DNA from: Bigelowiella natans CCMP2755
Lineage: Eukaryota > Protista > Cercozoa
DNA length: 64,000 nucleotides
Direction of reading: 5' to 3'
NCBI GenBank assembly: GCA_000320545.1
Contig: ADNK01003263.1
Location: forward strand, 1-64,000
Shown: piece after piece, positions 49,562-62,393 of the stretch
How positions within the stretch are numbered: position 1 is the first letter of the stretch
Layout: every line of letters starts with the position of its first letter
The notes under the pieces: generated by a model
Told to the model about the DNA's origin: nothing
What the model saw: only the letters and a program-made list of their open reading frames with translations
The model's database searches: none
Made by a program: the position numbers and the translations under genes

Positions 49562-50870
49562 TTGCTGACAGACTGAATGAATGAATGACCACCGTGGTAA
49601 ATAAGGCTGCGGGACGTGATACGCACATACACACATAAGTGCTATATGTATACAGCATGTTTATTTGATTATCACCCAAAACAATTACTATCATCTATAA
49701 CTGTTTGAAAAATGAGTCATCTTTGCTTTTAAATCCTTCTCACTACTACTCTTTAGGAAAATAGTGGTGCTGGCAGGGAAAAGAAGAAGAAGAAGAAGAA
49801 GAAGAAGAAGAAGAAGAAGAAACAACGGCAACATGAAGATGATCAGAGTGACAGTGAAGAGGGTGGTAGCGACGAGGAAGCATTTATATTCGACGTGTTT
49901 GAATCGACGTCGTCATCTTCAAACAACAAAATTAGTAGCATCGTGCAGCAGCAGCCAGTTGTTGACAAGATTCAGCGACGATTGCTAGCAAAGGAAACAC
50001 GTAGGCGTAACCTAGCATTTAAGTCAGAGAAGAAGCAAATAAATTATCAAGAAGGTGTGGACAACAGCAAAAACGATTTGAAAGAAGATGATAGCAGTGT
50101 AGATGAAGATGAGGACGATGAAGATGAAGAAGGGGAGGAGGAAGAAGAGAGTGACGATGATGATGATGACGAAGAGGATGAGGATGCAGAAAAAGATGAA
50201 GATATGAAGTACAAGAGAAAGGATTATAGTGGAAAAGAGGGAACAGAGATCTCATCCTCCGACTCTAAGTCTTTATCATCTAAGAGGCGGGAGAAGAGAA
50301 CTCATAATAAAGAGGAGCAGACGAGAAAATACAGCAAAACGAATACAGCAGTGGAAGTGAAAGATTTTGCTCATCTAAAGCTTTCACGGTTGTGATAAAT
50401 TATACCTTGGTGAATTCAATGATTGTGCAACTAATTTCTGGCTGAAACCATGATTGTTATCTCGCCATCACCATCATTGATATCATCATCATCATCATCA
50501 TCGATACCACTATCGTGTTACTTACTACTACTACTACTACTACTACTACTTACCACGAACATATTAATCGGTTTCGTAATCATGGCTGCCACCTCTACCT
50601 TTTACTAGTAGGGCTTTGAGCTTTCAAAGCTTTTATAACAGATGCATTGTCTCTTCTACTCTCTCTCTCTCCCTTCCCCCCCAAATACCGCTTCTTCTTC
50701 TTCTTCTCTATGATTACCATCGGCGGGATGTAATAATAGGCCATTACTTAAAGCCGTGAGAGAGATGGGGTTCGTGTGTCCTACCCCCGTGCAAGCTCGG
50801 TCAATACCTCCTGCTCTTATGGGAAAAGATCTGCTGGTACACACTACATTGAAAAAGAAGAAGAAGAAGA

Positions 50871-50907
<37 letters not shown>

Positions 50908-53471
50908 GGCTCGAGATACGCATCATTTGTCCGTGGAAAAATGTTTGCCTCTCTCTAAAATAATAATGACTTCTATTACTACTAATAACCATTCGATGAT
51001 GGTGATGATGATGATGATTCTTCTTCTTCTTCACGTTGTGATGATCGTAGTAGTAGTAGTAGTAGTAGCAGCAGCAGCAGCATATAAATCTTGTCTAGAT
51101 GTGGTGCCATCATCATCATTATCATCATCGTGAAAGGGATTCATTTATTCATTCATTCATTCATTCAAACAATCCTCAGTTATATAATTTACCATATTAC
51201 TGTCAACATCATCATCTGAACCAGCTTCTCTCTCCTTTAAGGTCAATGCACAGACAGGATCCGGGAAAACGGCAGCGTTTCTACTGCCATGCTTAGAGAG
51301 GTTGCTATATCGGTCAAGGCGCATTCCAATTTCAAGGGTTCTTGTCGTCACACCAACAAGAGAATTAGCGCAACAAATCGTCCAAATGGGACAACAGCTA
51401 GCAAAACACACAGATGTACGATACTGTTTAGTGGTGGGAGGTTTATCCCTAAATGCACAAGCTGTTGCACTTAGAAGTAGTCCTGATATTGTCGTAGCTA
51501 CGCCGGGAAGGCTTATAGATCATTTAAGAAATAGCGTATCCGTGGATCTCGATGGTTTAGAAATCTTGATTCTCGATGAAGCAGATCGTCTATTGGATAT
51601 GGGTTTCAAAGACGAGTTGGAAGAAGTCCTAAGATTGTGCCCAAGAGGGCGACAGACAATGCTGTTCTCAGCAACACTGAGCGAAAATGTGACAGAACTT
51701 GTGGACTTGTCCCTTCGAGAGCCAGTGCGAATATCTGTGGACTCAGTGTCTGTCGTAGACACTCTTCAGCAAGAATTTATACGCATTCGCTCACAAAATG
51801 ATAATCAAAAATACAGGTGCTATTATTCATACACTATGATGTAGAAATGTTTTGCAGCAAGCAAGTAGATCTGTACTAACACAAGCGGAAATATGTTGTC
51901 ATAAAACTACGGCCAATTATGATATTCGTAATAACATTTTGTCTATATATCATCGTGTATATAATAATAGTAATAGTAATAGTAATAATAATAATAATGA
52001 TAATAATAATAATAATAGGGAGGCAGTCGTATTGGCATTATGCAAGCGATCTTTCTCCAAAGGCGGATGTATCGTATTTTTGCCTTCAAAGAAGCTGGCT
52101 CATAGGCTGATGATAATTTTCGGTTTTGCATCTTTGAAAGCTGCTGAACTACATGGACACCTCACACAGCAACAAAGGTTGGATGCTTTGGAGTTATTCC
52201 ATAGAAGTAAAGTAGATTTTCTCCTGGCAACCGATCTTGCTGCAAGAGGACTCGATATAAAAAAAGTGCATGCCGTGATAAACTACAGCATGCCCCGACA
52301 AGTAGCTAGGTACATTCATAGGGTTGGAAGAACAGCAAGAGCGGGCCGTAAGGGGGTAAGATAATAGAGAAACCAATCGTCAACATTTCATTGCAGTTGC
52401 CTCCATAATCTCCATCTTATTTCACCTTGACTACTTTATGCGTTATTGCCAAATGCTTAACTCTCAGCAGTTGAATGTTTATTATTTTTATTATCCTGGT
52501 GGATACACACTGATGATCCCTTTTCCATATCCTCATCAAAACAAACCAATAACGTATTATAATACAGCAGCTACTGTCTGCAGCAGTATTCATCATTTCT
52601 TCATATTCAGGTATCGGTGACATTAGTTGGAGAAAATGGCCGCAAAAATCTAAAGTCAGTTGTAAAAATGGCAAAGGGGGCTGGAACTACAAAAAGCAGG
52701 CAAGTGCCTTTCAAAGTAATCAGCAAATGGAGAGACAAAATTGGAGAAATGGAGGAAGATATTCGCGCAGTGTTGGATATGGAGTGGGAAGAGAAGCAAT
52801 TGCGTATAGCAGAAATGGAAACGAACAAAGGGATGAATATCATTCACTATCAAGATGAAATTCAGCGCCGTCCTCCACGCACTTGGTTTCAGACCGAAAA
52901 AGCTAAAAAAAAAGCAAAAGAGATCTCGAAAGCAGCAATTTCAGCCATTAGCGACGATAACGATGACGGGGCTCGTAATGATATTGACACAGCACCTCTT
53001 TCAAAGGGTAGTCAACAGAGTCAACGTACCAAAAAAAAAAACCCTCTCCAAGGCCTCTCACGTTCAAAAAAACGGAAAAAACTTGCCAGGATGCAAGAAG
53101 AAAAGGATCGTAGGGATTATGAACAGCGAATTGAGGAAATAGGAGGCACAAAGAAAAAATCGCCGCATCAGCGCATGATGGAAGCTGTACAAAAAGCAAA
53201 ATTTAAACGTCGCGAAACAGCGGTGCAAAAGGAGGGAAAGCAGCTGAATCATTCTAAGGGCGGTGCCAATGATCACATCGCTATGAATGCTGCAGTGCGC
53301 AAAGCGAAAAAGCGTTATAGATCAAAGGATAATGAAGACGATGCTGATAGCTTTGCACGCAGATATGGTAAGATAAAGGAGAAACCTCAGAGAGAAGAGA
53401 ATAAAAAAGCATTTGCAAACAAATCACGGAAAGCTTTCAAGAGCAAGAGCAGATACAAAAGGCGAAAGTAG
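49280..53471 (+). CDS. DDX27: DEAD-box RNA helicase DDX27/Drs1 (60S biogenesis), multi-exon
   Basis: ATG 49280 (MGDDFIRTL), acidic N-terminus, Q motif (GFVCPTPVQ), AQTGSGKTAAF, PTRELA, TPGR, DEAD, SAT, ARGLD and HRVGRTAR. Drs1-type C-terminal RPPRTWFQTEK and AFKSKSRYKRRK*. Confidence 0.93.
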
Positions 53472-54221
53472 AGCCAGTTAACCTTCCGATCATACAAATT
53501 TGTAGCAGTATATGACTTGAGGAGCGGTAGTGTCATCACCAAGTAAGCATGCTTCGGCATTCTTCCGCTCAAGCATCACAATTCATGTCGTAAAGAAGAG
53601 TCGTTGGCTCCGTGTAGCTAATTACATTGACGATACATGAAATTACGTGCGTGTCCATGCGGCTGTCCAGCGATGCTTGAATGGACCATGCTAACGTTAC
53701 TAGGCTTAGTCCTCTGCCAAGCACATCTAGACATGCCACATCATGAGCCAAAAGCAGCTGCTCAAGCACAGACTAGATGGACTTTCATTTGCAATTCGTC
53801 GATGTGATCTGACTGGTGAGCGGCCACAGCTAGACAGCTTAAACATGTCGAGGCCAAACCCGGTCACAAATGGGTTTCGCATGTTTGCAGAGCGCTTCAA
53901 GGGCATTTTTTGCGTGCAATCCGTCCGCAACCGTCAAAAAACACTTTCTGAGTCGGCGGAATGTCGAAAAAATGAAAAAATTCAAAATCTCAGCTCAAAA
54001 ACCTCGATTTTTTGACCCCTCACAACGTGCATTGCGGAGAAAATTCTCATGATTTTGGTCAGAGATGCAGCCGACGCGCGTGTGCAATGCGAGTAAGTGA
54101 GGCCGTGTCCGTTTGCAATGGAACTAGCTTCACAGACAGCTGGAAGCGCGATGCTCAAGTGTCAAATTTGATCGAGACAGTGACGCGTTGAAACTTTGAA
54201 ATTGGGGCATCACTGCCACAT

Positions 54222-54361
54222 GCATGCACAGCCACAGGACACACATGACGTGTCATGAGTGCAGAGGGGTTTTGACGCATTGGAGACTGGTTGGAGCATG
54301 CACAGCCACAGGACACACATGACGTGTCATGAGGGCAGAGGGGTTTTGACGCATTGGAGAC
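54222..54361 (+). repeat. Direct repeat, 2 x 66 bp (period 74, one mismatch), each with an internal palindrome CATGAC-GT-GTCATG
   Basis: GCATGCACAGCCACAGGACACACATGACGTGTCATGAG(T/G)GCAGAGGGGTTTTGACGCATTGGAGAC at 54222-54287 and 54296-54361. Confidence 0.92.
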
Positions 54362-55338
54362 ACTGCGCAGCTGGTTTTCAGTCAAAAAGATTGGTCGTGT
54401 GCAGCCGCGCGCGCAGAACTTTGGTTCAAAACGCCGAGGCGTGGCGCGCACAAGCGGCGCGTGGTGCGCGGGGCAGCGCGATCGAGCAGCTAGAAGTGGC
54501 ACCTCGCTAGCTCGGGGGGGGGGGGGGGAATGCGAATGAAAAAATTCAACTGTGCCAAAAGTTTTCAAACGACCCCTGCTAGCCTGCTTGACATCTGAAT
54601 CGAGTTTGCGCGAAAAAAACGCGTCAATTTTTTTTTTCAATTTTCGTGAAGTTGTGACCGGTTTGGCCTGGATGTGAAACTTGAAGCTCAAACATCACAA
54701 TGCACCCAGTGGACACGTGCAGTGCCAGAGTGGTGCAGTGGACACGCGTGGGAAATTGTTGTGGATTTTGAATCAATGCTCTGTTCAATGCAGTTCAATG
54801 TTCCCCACAGCTTTGACGATGCCATTTGCAAATTGCTTCTCTGCCTTGAATTTGAAATGCACGCCAGCACGTTGACAATCTGCGATGTGGGGGTTCTGCA
54901 ATTTGGTGCGGATTCTGACTTTTTTTCTGAGAAATCATGTGCAGTCTCAGGCGGTGGCGCCTGCGCCGCGCGAGCACAACGTCACAAGCAACATGGAGCC
55001 CCATGAGGCTGCACAGCGCACGCACGTGCGCGAACGCAGAGCAGTCAGGATGGACATTTCACTCAATTCTGTGTCAGTCAGATGTCAGCAAATGCATCAA
55101 TGACAGAGTTGAAAGGTGCATGCAATCAAATGATTCAGCAATTGGAGAAGGCTGTGGCGTGATTTTTTGAACAATGGTGAATTCATTGTGCATTTGGTGA
55201 TGGAATGATGAACAATTGTGGCAAGGCAAGGTGGCAAATGCAGACCATGCACACGTTCTTTGCAACGTGTGATCTGTTCATCCGCACGTTTCTGGATTCA
55301 CTTGCCCACGTCTGTTCATCCGCACACTTTGCCCACAA

Positions 55339-56742
55339 TCATTCGGAATCGGTGCTGCTGCTGTCGCTGCTAGCAAGCTCATCGCCAACCTCACGCACTG
55401 CTGCGTCAATCGCGTGGTCTCTTTCCGATGTTTTCATGAGCTTGTTCTTCATCGTCATTGCAATGGTCTTGTGAAGTCTTTTCCGCTTGCGCGCCTTTCG
55501 CTTCATCTTGCGGTGAACCTGTTTGCGCAACTGCTGCCTGGTCTGTGGATGCCCTCCGCTGCAACAGCACTTGATGCAGCGACCGCATCCGATGCAGCAC
55601 TTCTTCTTCTTGTGATGGCAGACCTGCGGCGGCGGCGAGTCATTTGTGCTGTCGTCCGATCCCGACTCAAAGCCATCGACATTGTGTGCAATCAGCTGTG
55701 GAGCGCTTTTGCCGCCTCGATCGACGGGCATCACCACCGCGAGCATTGGGCGGCCCCGCCTTGCTGACCATTGCCTTCGATGTGCCCGGCTTGGGCGCTG
55801 GGACTGTCTGCTCATTCGCGTTTTCTGTTGATTGCGTCGATTGTGCTTCCATGGCTGCCACTCGCGCCAGCAGTTGCTTCATCACGCGCGCATTCTCAGC
55901 CGCACGCTCATTCGCTTCCGCTAGCTTCCTCTCGCACTTCGCCTTGATGCGCGCGGCGGCTTCGTGCTCATCCGCCTCACTCTCAGTGATGTCGTGTGCC
56001 GATTCCGACTTTCGGCTCGCCGCAGCTGCTGCCCCGCGACGCCGTGCAGCCCTTCCTTTTTTTGACCTCCTTGTGTTGCGTCCGCCATTCCTCCTCTTCT
56101 TGTTCTTCTGCTCTGACGGCTGGTGGACCACCAAGATTGGATCATTCTCGCTGTCGCCCTCGCCAGGCGCGCTTTCCACCTTCTCTGTCGCGTCCTGTTG
56201 ACTGGCGGCTGCTGCGCCCGGCTTGCGCAGCTCGTCCACCCAATTTCTCAGGGCGTCGTCCACAATGCTCAGGCAGCTGCCAGACACAAATGCGGGGGGC
56301 ACAGCTGGGTTGCAATCACCTTGGACACCGGCGCCAGTTTCCTGAGCTTCCCATTTGGAGACAGCATGGCAACTTGCAGGTGGGAACTGGACCTGAACGT
56401 CTTTTTTCGATCCACAAGAACCAGTCCCATCACCCATTTGTTTCTGACATTGCCCTTCGCCATCAGCGCCTTGGTCGGCTTCAAGTGGACGATTTGGTGT
56501 GTTGAAATTGATGCAGCGTTCTCCACGTGTGCCACGCCGGCAAACAGAACGCACGTCCCCACTGGCCACCCGCCATTGCCATCGTGCAACCGAATCGTGC
56601 GACTTCTTCTGTCACATGACTTGCAGTGTGCCAGCACTTTGCCTTCTGCACTGTCTGTCCATGCAAGAGCGCATGTCGCAGACATTGCGGATGATGCACA
56701 TGCCTTGCGAGGCTTAGGAGCACATGAGTGCACGCTTTGCAT
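55339..56742 (-). pseudogene. Intronless, GC-rich, frameshifted ORF relic (possible mobile-element or viral gene) inside a TpA-depleted island
   Basis: Three overlapping minus-strand ORFs (56742-56269, 56569-55667, 55815-55339) join via apparent frameshifts near 56295 (G6 run) and ~55760. The joined product has a coiled-coil-like segment and basic patches, and lacks Tyr and microsatellites. Confidence 0.5.
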
Positions 56743-57340
56743 TCAACATTCACTTTGGTGCACGTGTGGAAAACGCACATGTCAAATTGGTGGGTACGTC
56801 TGCAGAAATTGCTTCCACATCGCAAAAAATTTTCAGAAAAATTTTCGGCGTCTGCACTATTCCACAGATCATGTGTAGACACTGCAACCTGCAATGTGCA
56901 TTTTGTCTAGCTAGATAGCTAGATGGGTCTAGAGGTCTGAGCTAGCTCTATCTACTAGTCTAGAGCTGAGGTGGCGTTGCAGGACGTTATCTCATCACAC
57001 ATCTGTTAGGCATCAGGGTGTTGTGTAATCGACCTGTATAAGCCCGCAGTGCCATCTAGCCATGACTGGCACACGTGTTTGCACATGTGACATTGCTTAG
57101 ATTGGGTTAACTAGTTAACCCCAGCAACGAGCTACAGCGTTACATGCCAGGTGCTGTTCATGTGCGTCTGATCCGCTGCTGCTGTGCAAGATTAGCCAGG
57201 ATGGTGCATGCATAGCGGTACGTTTATGCATGATGACAATAGACACATAATTCCCTACATAATTATTAATAAATATATTTCATGAACTTTTGCCCCATTT
57301 ATCATTTATAATTATCATTTTTAGTAAATTCTGAGAAACA

Positions 57341-58653
57341 CTAGAAGACGTATGCAAGGCAATCAAAAAACCTATAGAGTAGGTAGATGAAAGCAATTGC
57401 GACACATACCACAACGGCAGCCCCGTACCTGGGATACGAATGGATATTTTAGTACACACTAGTAAATGCGGTGGTTTAATATTAGGTTTTACCATGCTGC
57501 GCCCTCCACCTGGAAATCTTGTAAGTCATAGTACAGAAATACCACCAGCACCATTGTGAAAAAAGCCACCCAAAATATCCAAGAGGTTGTTAAGGCCATC
57601 TTTCGGTAGAATTCAGCAGCAGCAACTGCTTTATCTATTATAAATTTCACAAGTTCATTTTGTGTAGTTGTAAATTCAAGGATGTCATGTCAATTTAGTA
57701 GTGAAATACCGTAATCTTCGAATTTCGAATACTGGATTTTACCACCTTTCAACCCAATATCCTCCCTATCTTGCATAGACCTTGATGGGAAAGTTAATTT
57801 TAATAAAGTACATGAGTCAAATTCAGGATCAACAATTCATATGTGCACGTAAACATACATGCACACACCACTCTTCGTTAAAACATTGAATTTTTATGCA
57901 ATGAACAAAAAATGACATTAAATCGGCCTCCCAATTGATAATTACCCGATGTCTGGCACAGAATTCCAACGTTCGCTTTCGACACCATCGGAGTTCTTTG
58001 TACATTCTGTGCAATGCAAGAGAACAAAGGCATTCTCTTAAGATACATTAAGCAGAATTCACAACAAAATGTTATTCGGTTTTGCAAGCATCTAGTCGTG
58101 CTAGTTTATCTCAAGGATAAACAAAAAGATCAGCCAACCACTTTCGTCCACCATCATCGTGGATCAGGCAATCGTTTGTTGTCAGAAGTGTTGTGTGCAG
58201 ATATTGTGTTGTTTGTTGTCGCGATAAAGGATTCTCATTCATTCTCATTCCTTCTTATTGATACAGGCATTGTTTCTGTCGGAACCACACCTGCCAATCA
58301 TCCAAAATTAATTCCCACTGATTTACACCATAGCGACAACGTGTGTGCTCCAAACCCACTACAAAGAAAAGGCGGGAAAATGAATCGTTTATGATGAATC
58401 AAAATTGGCATGAAGAATACTTTCTATGTTGTCGTAGTCCACAATAGATATGGATTTCACATGAAATGTGTGAAAATGCTCCGAATGTAGAACTCATAAC
58501 TTTCAACCTGCCCCAAATAATCCAAATAAGCTCTCGAGTATAGCAGGCCGCGTCGCTCCGACGGGTATGGCTTCAACCTTTCGTTGTTACAGTAGTTGAG
58601 ATGATGTGAAAAAGTAAGAATGAATCTATGAGAAGAAACACGATGTGTTCCAT
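57341..58653 (-). CDS. Possible small multi-exon hypothetical protein with C-terminal hydrophobic segments
   Basis: Splice-bounded coding-like pieces (VEAIPVGATRPAILESLFGLFGA; MYKELRWCRKRTLEFCARHR; LLDILGGFFTMVLVVFLYYD; YGAAVVVCVAIAFIYLLYRFF). No recognised homology and no full model assembled. Confidence 0.3.
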
Positions 58654-58759
58654 GCTTTTCTCGATAACACCAATAAAATACACGCTTACAGAAAGCTATT
58701 TTGAAATACTGACATCATTTAATGCTTATGGATAGGAAGAAGCACTTTCTCTGAAAAGA

Positions 58760-59392
58760 ATGGAATTGCCATCGTCGATTTCGACTTCGACCCGGTCTTC
58801 GTCGTCGTCCTCCTCCTTTCGGCATGTCAGAATTGGCCAGTTGATACGGCTACTGGTGTCCTCTGTGACTAATGTTAAAGAACAAAGGGTTAGACACAAA
58901 GAAAAAAAACAAGTTGAAGAAAGCTGCAATAGTGACAGTCTAGAGAATATTCCGAGAGGGACAAGAGAGAGAAAAAACAAGATGAAAAAAAAATTCTCAT
59001 AATTAGATCTTACCTTCTGTTTGGAGTCGGGATCGAGCGATAGCTTGAGACACCACTGAGACTCCTTGTACCGTATATTATTTGTGTGTATTCTACGCAC
59101 ATGAGAAATAGAGAGAGGGGGAAATAGAGATAATGGCGTGTACATGTTGATATTCGCACGTTATGAAAACAATATCTGGAATGTTATGTGATTTTTTGTC
59201 ACATTTTTTGTTGGTTAGGATGGGGGAAGATATCACTCCATGGTGAGTTACGTCAATCGACTCATCACCAGCTTTGCACACCTTCCAAGAATCAGGGACG
59301 AGTTCCAAATCAAACGAAACATCGTGACCAAACGTACTTACTAGCGAATATGTACTCATAATTATATACATATATAACAGTAAAACAAAAAA

Positions 59393-59435
<43 letters not shown>

Positions 59436-59990
59436 ATTGTATTTCTGAACAATAAATGTGTTGGACGCGTCTATTCACTCATATGTGATTGTTATGTATG
59501 ATTTCAAGTTGCCAAGCGAAGCGATAAAGTGAAATTTGAGGACTTATTCGAAAGATTTATGGATAAGCCTGGGATACGACACAAGTGGGCACTATTGCAC
59601 CTGTTGCAAAAGCTAAAGGGCTGCAAATCGAGAGATTATGAGACAATCGCTGCAACCGCCTACACGGTGAGGATGTAATCAAATGCCAGAGCAGCGAAGG
59701 CATTGATGACTGCTGTTTTTCACGTATCAACCCACCTATAATCGCCTTTTTCTTTGAATGCTATTAAATCAGTTTTCATTATCTGCTTCTTCCACTTCGC
59801 ACATGATGAAGATGCTGACAGTGGATGACGATCAAAATGAACAAAAGGAGAAGGAGATGGTATTTGATAAAGCAAGCATGATACTAGTCATAGTCGTGAT
59901 AAGCGTAAAATGAAGTGGATTGACGATATAGTAATAACAGACTTCGTGTCTCAAGATATGGTGTATCCGATACGTATCGCTAAAAGAAAA

Positions 59991-60086
<96 letters not shown>

Positions 60087-60293
60087 ATGTGTAATTAATA
60101 CATATGTGAACATATGGTGCATCGTCTAAATAGGGGGGGCAGACAAGAAGAGGTTCCCGGATGCAGTACAATCAGAGTGAGTAGTAGCTAAAAGCATATC
60201 TAGAAAAAGAATCGTAGAGTGGAAAACCATGATAATCTGTTTTCGATAATTTTTATGTCGTAAGAAAACGTGGAAATCATGATGCAGCTATTA

Positions 60294-60325
<32 letters not shown>

Positions 60326-60798
60326 GTTTCACGTCTGAACTTACTATGACTTCTACTATCTCCTTTCGCAGCAGCAGCAGGAGGAGGAGGAGGAAATGGG
60401 CAACAAAAGCTACCACCGCGACGACCAATAGAACATCTTTCGTCGCCGTCGTCGTCTTCTTCTCCTCCTCACATTACAGAGCAGCAGCTGTTGCGAGACG
60501 TTGTATTTGTACTCCAGGGAATTGATGGGCAATTCATTAAATTTGATCCCTCAATCGATGCCTACACTGTAGTCGTACAAACTCCTGCTGCTGATGCTAG
60601 TCGAGACAACAGCAACGACGTAAAATAATCAATCACTGAGATTTATGATGATGATGATGCTCATCATGAAAATCGTGTCGTCTTGTCATCACGATATTCC
60701 GTCGATTCTTCCTTTTCGTAGCTATCTTTATTGTTCTCTATTTCTTTGACACCCCTTTTCTTTCAGATAATACTTTCTTCTTTCCGCATGCCGGCACC

Positions 60799-60836
<38 letters not shown>

Positions 60837-61518
60837 ATCTTTATTCAGATTATGTCGTTCCTGTCCGCACCAGAGCGTCGTTTAGTGCGACTCGTGTGCG
60901 AAGGCGGGTGGTTGTACTTACGTGTGCAAAATTATCTCAAGAAGAACGCAACGGCTGTTGCCTTCTCCTCCTTCTCCTCCTCCCCCTCCTCCTCCTCAAA
61001 ATTTGCAATTGCTCCTCGCACAGACAAGTATGGCGACGTTGTCCATCATCATAATAATCATGATCATGATCATCATCCATCATCATCATCATCATCACCG
61101 CAACCCTTGAAAAATAATGGGAACAATGGTGGTGATGATAATAATAGGAGGGTCAGCAGCAGGACGACGATATCAACGATGGGAACAACAGCAGCAGCAG
61201 CATTGTCGTCGTCATCTATGTCGTTGTCATCGGGATCATCATCTTCATTAGCACCTTCCTTGTCCGGACTCGTTGAGCAAAGCTTTTGCGGTGCTCTTCA
61301 GCGGGAGCTCACACAGTCAGTCAGTCAGTCAGTCAGTAATGATGTCGTAGTATTAGTTAGTTGTAGTAACGTTGTTGTTCAACGTGGTGGTTTTCAACAA
61401 CAACAAAACAACAGCAACGATGATGATAGCAGCATTAAAGGCAGTGGTAAACTGTTTCTTTTCAGCATCATCGTCATCTATGATATCAAAATATTCTCCA
61501 GACTTCATCTCACTCGCT

Positions 61519-61558
<40 letters not shown>

Positions 61559-62116
61559 AAATCCCTCCTCCCCCCCTTCCTCTCCATCATCATCTCTCCA
61601 TTGAAATATCATTATTTATTCTTCTTCTTTCTCCTCTTCTCCAGATACTTTCACCAAATCGCAACTCTTGAATCTGAGATAACTGCCAAGTCCAAAGGAA
61701 GTACAGCCGCTCCAGGAGGAGGTTGTAATGTTAGTAGTCGCAGTAGTAGTCGTGTAACGTGTCATATAAACACATATTGCGACAAGCATGCATCCATCAC
61801 GGTGATGATGATGATGATGATGATGATGACGACAACGATGAAGATATATGATGATTAGAAGGATGATGAAGATTATGCGTGTAGGAAAGTCGCGACTAAC
61901 GTTGCGTGGTGTGTACCTTTGGAGTATTCAATTGGTGGATAACCTTCGCCTCATGGCTACGATATGCGACACCGTAGAGGTGAAGAAAAAGAAAAAAGAA
62001 GAAGAACGAACGAACGAAAAACGAGGAAATGAAAACAACAACAACAACAACAACAACAACGAATAGATATCATTTAAAGAATCAGTCGAAGAAAAAGAAC
62101 AAAATAAAGAGGAGGG

Positions 62117-62147
<31 letters not shown>

Positions 62148-62336
62148 CTGTCTATCAGTGACAGTAAATATAGGATTAGAGTCTTGTGCCAAATTTCTTA
62201 AATAGGAGTAGTAGTAGTAGTAGTAGTAGTAGTGAAAAACAATAATGATAATGATAATGACATTAACGACGATATAATTTATGTAACCAAGTGATGATTA
62301 AGATATAAATAATACGGGGAGGTTGATTCTAAGCTG

Positions 62337-62393
<57 letters not shown>

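Larger units (their letters stand above)
53845..56960. other. TpA-depleted, CTAG-sparing island
   Basis: In 54096-56714 the only TA dinucleotides are in CTAG at 54124, 54490, 54507, 54579, 55370 and 55921 (manual scan). CTAG cluster at the right edge, 56905-56965. Confidence 0.95.

Noticed and set aside
54222-54361. Palindrome-containing direct repeats as a CRISPR array
   Set aside because: Only two units, an 8-bp gap, eukaryotic context and no cas genes.
55560-55625. Cys cluster CCIGCGRCIKCCC as a ferredoxin or zinc-finger motif
   Set aside because: It resembles CxxCxxC, but in a TA-free island it is more simply explained as converted Tyr codons; not excluded without homologs.
53940-56860. 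A/T-run-rich segments at both island ends as terminal inverted repeats
   Set aside because: No convincing reverse-complement match or TSD by eye; hypermutation could mask them, so an alignment is needed.
53569-56918. Dense overlapping ORFs on both strands, also at 30486-32347 and 41634-42969
   Set aside because: Loss of TpA removes TAA and most TAG stops, so long ORFs arise by default. Only the minus-strand 55339-56742 relic looks protein-like.
53845-56960. Classical RIP or CpG-methylation decay as the cause of the islands
   Set aside because: RIP raises TpA and depletes CpA, and CpG decay depletes CG. Here TpA is lost while CA, TG and CG are abundant.
58726-59452. Minus-strand ORFs 58726-59145 and 59093-59452 as a separate gene
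   Set aside because: They overlap plus-strand segments that match the GCP3 N-terminus and are likely antisense shadows.
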